Source of the DNA: Macrostomum lignano
Lineage: Eukaryota
Direction: 5' to 3'
Assembly (NCBI GenBank): GCA_002269645.1
Contig: NIVC01001126.1
Coordinates: 1 to 64,000 of the forward strand
DNA: 64,000 bases
Within the stretch, counting starts at the first letter, position 1; each line of letters begins with the position of its first letter. Below are positions 54,105 through 64,000 of the stretch, one piece after another. The notes under the pieces were generated by a model. It saw nothing but the letters and a program-made list of their open reading frames with translations. It ran no database searches and was not told the origin of the DNA. A program made the position numbers and the translations under genes.

Positions 54105-54199
54105 AATTTCTGATCCCACTAAATTGCAATGCCGTGAGTACACGGCGGGAGTAACTATGATCATCTTGCTATACACAAATTCCTCGTCATCGAATTAGT
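54105..54199 (+). pseudogene. Diverged 28S (LSU) rRNA-derived fragment, helix 68-71 region
   Basis: 54142-54199 aligns without gaps, 47/58 identities, to the conserved eukaryotic 28S sequence ACGGCGGGAGTAACTATGACTCTCTTAAGGTAGCCAAATGCCTCGTCATCTAATTAGT (reference recalled from memory). Weaker similarity upstream. The H69 stem is partly broken, so this is not a functional rRNA gene. Confidence 0.75.
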
Positions 54200-54936
54200 T
54201 ATTTGTAGCACTTAATTTTGAAGAAACGCCTAACAATATGACGAGTTTTTGCTTTCCGCGTCTACTCTAGGTCTCTAGGGCTATCGGTCTCCTTGATACA
54301 GTCTAGCAAGTTTTACATCGCAATAAAATCGATGACGCACTTGGAATTCTGTCTCTCTTTATTGCTACTAAACAGGGAGAAACAGTCAAGTGAATGCTTC
54401 AGCTTCTGTCTATACCCAGAATTTGCCAAGATGGGTAGAAGGGCATTGGGAAGAGCTGCCTTAACCGACGCGCATGGACACTTTAATGCTGTAGCAATAC
54501 AACTAATCCTCTTAGTCAATGAGAGACAGCGACTGGCAGAGCTTGGGATTGAAGAGGGGAGCAGAGCCAGAGGAAGGGAGGTCGGTTGCTAGTGACAACA
54601 CATTCCAAACCGTGTAGCATCATCTAGCCAGGCTAGGCAAGACAGACAGGCAGGTATGTAATATAAAGCAACTGATACAAAATTCAGTGGGACGGACGGA
54701 TGGGCAGGTGAAAATGAATGTAAGAAACAAAGCCACGTAAATTGGGGAGGGTGGTGGAGAGGAATGAGTTTGAGAACCAGTTTTATTTGCATCAGCCCCC
54801 CTCTACCACAGGGCTCACCCATCACCCCAACCGATGTAATGGAAAAGATGAGATAAGCTACCAGACATTGAGTTTGCTTAGCTGCATATAGGATGAATGG
54901 ATGGGGACAATTCTGCCCTCCTCCTCAGAGCTAGGA

Positions 54937-55073
54937 TATCCCATGGCAACCGGAACGCCTCATCTTGCCCCCCCCGCCTACAGTCTCCTCAAGCGACCAG
55001 CCGCCACGCGCGCAGGTTTCCATGGCAACGCATCCCACCCCTTTTTCGTCTCCCAAGCCCCAGGCTATATTAA
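54937..55073 (+). promoter_or_regulatory. Alpha-tubulin promoter with RFX X-boxes and a TATA-like box
   Basis: GTTTCCATGGCAAC at 55016-55029 matches the X-box consensus GTTNCCATGGNAAC; second site TATCCCATGGCAAC at 54937-54950; TATATTAA at 55066-55073. Confidence 0.78.
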
Positions 55074-55178
55074 CAGAGCCCGGTACCGCTCCACTTTTCA
55101 TTCAACCTCTCAATCCCGCTTCCGTTAAAGCGAATCACCGGCAGACAAAAGCTTTTCTACCATTTCAAAGCAGAAACA

Positions 55179-56624
<1,446 letters not shown>

Positions 56625-57649
56625 GCCAAAGCCGACGCCGCCAAGGAACTGATAAAATAAAGACTTGCAAAAACAAAGACTAAGCTAACAAAATCACTTG
56701 AGCCAAGCCCCTAGTCACTGCCCAAGCTAACTCTACTAAATAACTATATTAAACTGCGTTACACGCGGGCATTCTAAAAGCCTACTACAATAAAATACAT
56801 TAAAACACTGCCTTTCAAAAAAGCCTTTTCTTAATCAAAAAAATTAATAATAAACAACAAAGACAAGTGTGCTGCAGCAACAACCACGGGACAATTGTTT
56901 ATCTTTTAACAGACAAGCAAAAGCCTCCGTGGCCTTCCATTTCAATTTTTTCTTCTTTTTTTCGTCGGCTCTCGAAAACAAACGGAGGCCTAGAAAGCTT
57001 GTTGAAATTACACTAATTCGCGTATTGTTAAATATCTTTGATCGGGGCAATCAAAACAGACTAAAAACTGTACGACAAAGTTTGTTCGACTTAACTTTTA
57101 TTACTCGTATAATAAAGTAAGCAGTAGTCAGGTAATGAAAGAAGGACAGTAAGACTACAAAGTGTCTTTAAACTATAATATAAAACACTATAACTTTCTT
57201 AAATCTGTCTTACCATAAGTCTTAGACGAAACAAGAAAATATGAATGGAAACATAGAAACATTATTAAAAATAAAGACATGGGTGGATAGCTATCGCTTC
57301 ATATTCTTCTTTTAGTTCATCAGGTAATATTTGGCAAAAAATATTCAAATAGAGTCACTATTAAACTGTAAAAAATCTTGGACATTATTCAAAAGGCAAG
57401 GTTTTAGACTTTTTTGACACACCAACAGCCAATCAAAGTCGATATTATTTTGTAAAACAAGTCATGACACAACTAAGAAATGGAATATAGCTACATGAAA
57501 TCGTGCAGGCGTTAATGAATGTTATCAGGGCGAAGTTCAGCGTTAATAGAGAATACCGTAAACGTACGTACTGAACACGTTTGTCCAAAAGTGGGTCCAA
57601 GCATCGCTTCTTGAGGATCGGGTCGTGGGAATGAAGTTAAAGCTAATGT

Positions 57650-57915
57650 ACATTGTGTACATTGGGGGTAGGAGTTGGCTGAGAGCTAGTGTACATTGGG
57701 GGTAGGAGTTGGTTAAAAGCTAGTGTACATTGGGGGTAGGAGTTGGCTGAGAGCTAGTGTACATTGGGGGTAGGGTTGGTTAAAAGCTAGTGTACATTGG
57801 GGGTAGGAGTTAACTGAGAGCTACTGTACGAGCGTACATTGGGGGCAGGGGTTGGTTGGGAGCTAGTGTACACTGGGGGTAGGGTTTGGCTGAGAGCTAG
57901 TGTACACTGGGGGGT
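57650..57915. repeat. 34-bp G-rich minisatellite GCTAGTGTACATTGGGGGTAGGGGTTGGCTGAGA (site 1)
   Basis: Same unit as the array at 60125-60580. Confidence 0.88.
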
Positions 57916-58904
57916 AGGGATGATTGAGACTCTGTTATTATAAAAGTTTTAGCAGCATACGGTCAGACTCTACAAGTTAACAAGCGTAAAAGTTGAAAGC
58001 AGTCCTAGTCCACTATTTTTCGGAAACCCCAGACTTGGAAGACAATAATGAGAAAATTCTAAAACGGTTAAAAAAACAAAAATATTGGGTTATTGAAAAT
58101 TGACTCAAATCAGTACGAACAAATTCGCAAAACAAATTTGACTGTTAGTAATAAAACTACAATTTGTAGTGACAAGTTTCATAATTTTTGATATTACGTA
58201 CAATCTTAATAAATAAGTCCGATACTATTAGCAAACTATTCGATACTTGTATTAAACAGGACCACAAAACACTGCTCCGACTACTGGTAATCCGCTAGAG
58301 AGCAAGTAGTACGCCATAAGGAAACGTCAATTTTTTTTACAAAATTATCAAAACAGCCTTTCCTGGAATTTAATTAATGGAAGACGCGTTTGTACCAGCA
58401 AATAACAGTACATTATTTAAAATAGAATACCACTGCACGACTCTGCTGGAATGAACAAATTGAGAATATATAGATATAATGGCACAAAACAATGAGAAAA
58501 AAAAACAATTTAATGTGGATACTTCAAAAACAGTTGAAAGAAAGAAAGCTTAAATAAATAAATAAATATAGCAAGCAAGAGTAAAAGACATCCCACTGCA
58601 GAAAACCTGTAGCAGCACACTTGGAAGTCAATAACGCAACGGTTTAAGTAAACAAAAAAGTTCACGAGCCAGCCAATAAGAATAGGCGCGCATAAAAAAC
58701 AAACAAAAATCTGGCAAGCTGCGGCCAGGGCTCTGAGCTTCATTTGAAATTTTGTCAGTAGTTCTTGGCACGAATTTGCGAAACGTTTCAAGTTTGTTTT
58801 CGGATTATCAAAACAATTCTTTACCAGCTTAATCTGTGGGATTGGTTATTAACTCTAATTTTTTTTATTTTTAACCTGGATAGAGTTTATTCCCCTCCGT
58901 TTTT

Positions 58905-59530
58905 AAGCGATGAGGATCTCTATGTATAGAATGGGGATCTTTATGTATAGAATGGGGATCTCTATGTATAGAATGGGGATCTCTATGTATAAAATGGGGA
59001 TCTTTATGTATAAAATGAGGATCTTTATGTATGGAATGAGGATCTTTATGTATGGAATGAGGATCTTTATGTATAGAATGGAGATCTTTATGTATAAAAT
59101 GAGGATCTTTATGTATGGAATGAGGATCTTTATGTATAGAATGGGGATCTTTATGTATAAATGGAGATCTTTATGCATAGAATGAGGATCTCTATGTATA
59201 GAATGGAAACCTGTATGTATAGAATGGGGATCTTTATGTATAAAATGAGGATCTTTATGTATAGAATGGGGATCTTTATGTATAGAATGGGGATCTTTAT
59301 GTATAGAATGGGGATCTTTATGTATAGAATGGGGATCTTTATGTATAGAATGGGGATCTTTATGTATAGAATGGGGATCTTTATGTACGGAATCGGGATA
59401 TTTAGACATAGAATGGGGATCTTTATGTATAAAATGAGGGTCTTTATGTATAGAATGGGGATCTTTATGTATAAAATGAGGATCTTTATGTATAGAATGG
59501 GGATATTTAGACATAGAATGGGGATCTTAG
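58905..59530. repeat. 21-bp minisatellite ATGTATAGAATGGGGATCTTT
   Basis: ORFs MYRMGIF and HKDPHSI are its translations. Confidence 0.93.
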
Positions 59531-59777
59531 GCGCAGAATGGGATAGAACGGGGACCTCGACGTATTCAGGATGAGAATCTATGTATTCAGGAAAGGAGTT
59601 TTTGTTTCAGACAGAGATTCTTAGATTTTAACTTGCAACTATGGAACTTAAAATTTGATTTGAGGCAAGCTGATTTGATTTTAATTGGCTCATAATATTG
59701 AGTAGTACTACTTCAAGTAAGAAAAATCGCCATTCTAAAGCCTTTGGCTTCCAAAATAGCAATTATGCATGCTTTTC

Positions 59778-61128
59778 TCAACACTTTCTCTCTGGATTGT
59801 CGTCGCAATAGAATTTATGGCAGCGAGCTTCGTGTTTCTTTCTGTTGCCAGCCAGAGTAAATAATTTTGCGCACACTCGACAGGGAAATTCCCTCACGCC
59901 TCGATGCGTAATCAGGTGCTGATTGAGATTGTTCGATTGGTTGAAACTTTTGCCGCATTCAGAGCAACGAAATGGTTTTTCGCCTGTATGAATAAGCCGG
60001 TGCCGAATCAGGTGCGTCTTCTGCACGAAACCTTTGCCGCAGTCAGCGCAGTTGAACGGCCGGTCCAGCTGGTGGACGCGCTCGTGCTGCCGCAGCGCAG
60101 CTGGGAATCTGAGTTTAGTGGACGGCGGTTGGCTGGGAGCTAGTGTACATTGGTGTACGGGTTGGCTGAGAGCTAGTGTACATTGGGGGTAGGGGTTGGT
60201 TAGAAGCTAGTGTACATTGGGGGTAGGAGTTTGCTAGAAGGTAGTGTACATTGGAGGTAGGAGTTGGCTGTGAGCAAGCGTATATTGGGGGTAGGGGTTG
60301 GCTGAGAGCTAGTGTACATTGGGGGTAGGGGTTGGCTGAGAGCTAGTGTACATTGGGGGTAGGGGTTGGCTGAGAGCTAGTGTACATTGGGGGTAGGGGT
60401 TGGCTGAGAGCTAGTGTACATTGGGGGTAGGGGTTGGCTGAGAGATAGTGTACATTAGGGGTAGGGGTTGGCTGAGAGCTAGTGTACATTGGGGGTAGGG
60501 GTTGGCTGAGAGCTAGTGTAAATTGGGGGTAGGGGTTGGCTGAGAGCTAGTGTACATTGGGGGTAGGGTTGGCTGAGAGCATTGCAGAATGCAACCAAGG
60601 AATTTAACTAAGCCTAAAGGTTTTCTAACAAGCTAAATGCGCTTACCGAAATCGTTTCTCACAATAGCCGCAACAATAGAAGGCATTTCCATTCGTATTT
60701 GAAGCTTCAGCAGGCGGCAATTCTAAATCCACAGTATCGCTAGAGCTTAAACCCGTTGCGTCCGCTTCAACATCCTTGTCAACAGCAGTAGAGCAAGAGG
60801 CTTCAGGAGCAGCACTAGAAGCCGAAGCAGTGGTGGTGGCCGATGCTGCAGCAGCCAAGGCCACCTCAGCTGACTGGTTCAATGCCGCAGTGATGGCCGC
60901 CAGAAAGTGCTGGTTGTGCTCGCGCATGTGCCGCTCAAAGTTGCGCCGACCGCCCGTTACAACCATCTGGCACACGTTGCAACTGCTAGAAGCTGTTGCA
61001 GCTGCCACCACTGCCGCTGCTGCACTGCCGTCTGTCAATTCTCCATTCAACAGTTCGGAATTAAGCGCAGCAAATGTGCCATCAATTTCGTTGTCATTGT
61101 CAATGCCTGACGGACAGAGACTAGACAT
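59778..61128 (-). CDS. C2H2 zinc-finger protein (about 5 fingers, Ala-rich); exons 61128-60647 and 60108-59778; about 270 aa; start may lie further upstream
   Basis: The splice CG|gtaagc ... ctcag|A completes CGYCEKRFRFPAALRQHERVH. Then CADC..HRLIH, TGEKPF linker, CSEC..HLITH, CRVC..HEARCH; N-terminal CNVC..HMREH. Confidence 0.87.
60125..60580. repeat. 34-bp G-rich minisatellite (site 2) in the zinc-finger gene intron
   Basis: About 13 tandem units. Confidence 0.92.
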
Positions 61129-61611
61129 GGCTTGTTCTGTTGCGATAACTGAAGACCAGTTGGTTTCGTTATTGGCTAATTTAAAATTTCTCCCGCATAA
61201 GATGGCAAGAATGAAGCATGCATGAGAGACAGGTGGCAGTGTCAATGATTGAAGACAATAATCAAATATGCAAGACCTGTATAGAATAGGGTTCAACTGA
61301 GTTTTGAGTTTCCCTAAAGTGTCAAAAGCACAGTTGCCATTTGGTATCTAGGGTTCAAATTTTCATAAAATACCAATATCTAAAGCCTGCAGACTCCATG
61401 CTTACAGATTACTCAAATTTTTGAACTGATAGCAATATTAAATTCCTAAGAATTTCAATAATTATAAATGTATGGATACTTCAAATGAAAAAAAATAGGA
61501 AAATGCAACTTGTTGATTCAAATGATTTAGACTAATAAATGGCTATAGTTTATATTGATATACTACTATGTGATCCTGTACTACTCATTGCAGTTTGCAT
61601 GACACATTTTC

Positions 61612-62862
61612 AGTTTGTGATTGAACAGATAATCATTGGCAAATTAGGTGCTAAAACTTTATTTAGCTAATTGCTTACTTCTAGATATGCTGCCTAAGTT
61701 TTTGGCATAAGCTCACAAGAAACCACTAAGCAGCCTACTCTTAAATCTAGGAATATTTATTATAGATACCCTATAAGTACCTGACTTGCTACTTTAAAAT
61801 TGAGTACTTAACCCTATTTTTTTAATAATAAAAATCAAAAAGTTTCTATCATATATCTTGATATTTATGTAGTTTAGTTGAGTCAATTAGTTAAATAGTA
61901 GGCCTATTTAATGCTACCAGGATGCTACTAGAATATTACTAAAATTAATATTAATAAGACAATAGGATTTGTTGCAAATTTGGTGGCATATCAATAGGAT
62001 TTAGAAAGGGAAAGCCAAAAGGCCTAGTACAACTTGGTGGCATTTAGTGAGATAATTTCAAGACAGAAATAACCTGTGACAATTTTGGTATTAGCAGTTG
62101 GAATTTTAATAGAGAGAAGTTAGCCCTGCAACAACTTTGGTAGCAGCTTTTATGATATTTTAAAAGACAAAGGAAAACACCCTGTCATAGCTGGTATAGC
62201 ATCAGTAGAACTTATTATATATCAGAAAAGAAAGATGCCTATTACACATTATTTTAAAAAAATGAAAGGATATACTGTATCAGTTACCACTACTGACTTT
62301 TGTGCCATTTGTGCACTGTTTCTGTGCCTTAACCCATAAAACTACACAAAACATATATAGGAATTAAACATTTAAAAATACAAAAAAGTTTAACAAATAA
62401 TTATACATTTTATATAACAAAGTTATAAAAATGTATGTATCATAGACCCTTTATAGTGCAAATTAATTAGTAAATAATATATTTTATTAATATAATTAAA
62501 ACCTAGAAAAAATATTTTTCTTGAATATGCCTACACATGTACTAGTTATCATTATCAATAAATAAGCTACTTAAACTTTTTGAACTACTTGACTCAACTA
62601 AACTACATAAATATCAAGATATATGATAAAAACTTTTTGATTTTTATTATTAAAAAATAAGGTTAAGTACTCAATTTTAAAGTAGCAAGTCAGGTACTTA
62701 TAGGGTATCTATAATAAATATTCCTAGATTTAAGAGTAGGCTGCTTAGTGGTTTCTTGTGAGCTTATGCCAAAAACTTAGGCAGCATATCTAGAAGTAAG
62801 CAATTAGCTAAATAAAGTTTTAGCACCTAATTTGCCAATGATTATCTGTTCAATCACAAACT
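61612..62862. mobile_element. Foldback/MITE-like element with about 280-bp near-perfect inverted arms (61612-61895, 62579-62862) and an about 680-bp AT-rich spacer
   Basis: For example GATATGCTGCCTAAGTTTTTGGCATAAGCTCACAAGAAACC is present in reverse complement near 62750-62790. No TSD identified. Confidence 0.8.
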
Positions 62863-63308
62863 AAAAATAATCCTAGCCTGAGTGGTCCTACTGATAAAAA
62901 TTGCAATAATTTATAATTTTCTAATTTATTGAAATAAATTAGAAAATATAATATGGAAGCATGGCATAAGACTTAGATTGTGATTATCTAGTAGCACACT
63001 GAGCTTTTTTGCATATAGTCATTATTGATAGATGGCATGCCATGCGTACTATGGGGTTTTTAATCTCTTTCCCACTACCACAGAGCACTGTGTCAATTTA
63101 CACCTATATGGCTCAAGAAATTCCCATAGACTACTGACTGGCTTCTTTAACTATTGAGTTCCAATCCAACTGTCCTAAAATTAAGGCTTGATTGATACTA
63201 CAGTTTATTAAAAACTGTTTATGGTAAAAACAGTCTAAAATCATGCAGTAAATTTTTCTTGATACCACAAACTTGTCAAACTTTACTGTATAATTTAATT
63301 CAACTTAT

Positions 63309-63810
63309 GCAAGACTCAAAATAGCTAATAACATTGACAAGGCCACAAATGCAATTATGGAAGGTTCCCATGTTTTTACTAGCAATGGCACCAACAGCAA
63401 ATATGTGACAGTCCATGGAGATTTGCTAGACAAGGAATAAGAATAAGAGGGTGAGAGTAATGCCAAAATAGCTGAGCATGGAGTCGATTTTTCCAATGAG
63501 AATGAATGGACAACAATTCAAGATGGTAAAAATTTGCATCTTGGCAATCTGCTTGAATTCCTTGCTGTGCCTAGCCTTAACCTAGACATTCAAGCACAAG
63601 CTCTTGAATGTAAAATGGCCTAAGTGCAATTCTATCTGCAGCACTTTCTTACTGCTGATCTGGTGTCTGCCATTTGCATTTGAACCAATGCCTAAGCTGA
63701 CATGGAGCTTCAACATTTGACAGCTAAAGATCAAAATGGAGCTTTTCCCAATTTGCCTATCAACTTGGAGACTGTATACCATACATGCGCAACTGCTAGC
63801 TGACCTGGCC
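63309..63810 (+). pseudogene. Decayed piggyBac (PGBD-type) transposase N-terminal fragment
   Basis: One frame with several stops reads ...EFLAVPSLNLD...VQFYLQHFLTADLVSAICI*TNA*A (63624-63698), matching the piggyBac N-terminal F-x-x-F-x-T-D-x-L...TN-x-YA pattern. The TAA is one change from TAT/TAC. Confidence 0.6.
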
Positions 63811-64000
63811 GATCCGGCCACTGTAAATTGTGGTGGACCAGGGGTAAGTCACAAAAATGCCCACCCCAAAAGAATACAGTAATACTAATTAGATGACAAA
63901 ACATTTAGCCCTTTTAAAACAGTTATAGTTACTCCTGCCATTTACCCCTGCCGTTATTCCTGCCGTTTTGCATTAATTTTGCTTTAGGGTTTCTTTCACA

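Noticed and set aside
54142-54199. Functional rRNA gene or snRNA
   Set aside because: Only about 95 nt of LSU similarity with H69 pairing disrupted, and no match to U1-U12 signature sequences that I can recall.
58510-58791. Hydrophobic ORF vaguely like Stum/SPEC3 (LCAPILIGW)
   Set aside because: AT-rich, no convincing splice partners or start, and similarity limited to a few residues.

Overview
Eukaryotic (metazoan) genomic DNA with spliced genes. GC-rich exons, with almost every larger intron filled by its own minisatellite, resemble the flatworm Macrostomum lignano; this is an inference, not shown by the sequence. Exon chains were assembled by hand from splice signals and reading frame. 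Genes: acetyl-CoA transporter SLC33A1 (+, 4 exons); a Cys-rich single-pass membrane protein (-); a 110-aa secreted-type membrane microprotein (+); a 14-exon kinesin-3/KIF28-like motor (+) whose first intron is a U12-type AT-AC intron and whose C-terminus is a CaaX box; a polyQ ORF; a tetraspanin (-); an NDR/STK38 kinase (-) with a 1-nt frameshift; an alpha-tubulin (+) with RFX X-boxes, head-to-head with the NDR gene; and a C2H2 zinc-finger gene (-). Between NDR and tubulin is a co-linear 28S rRNA-like segment mutated exactly at the R2/I-PpoI/Pokey target site. Mobile DNA: hAT MITEs with perfect 8-bp TSDs, a three-level nested TIR element, tRNA-derived SINEs (one with a CORE domain), a foldback element and a dead piggyBac transposase fragment. 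Most long ORFs in the supplied track, including the 2278-aa one, are translations of tandem repeats. Repeat boundaries are approximate.
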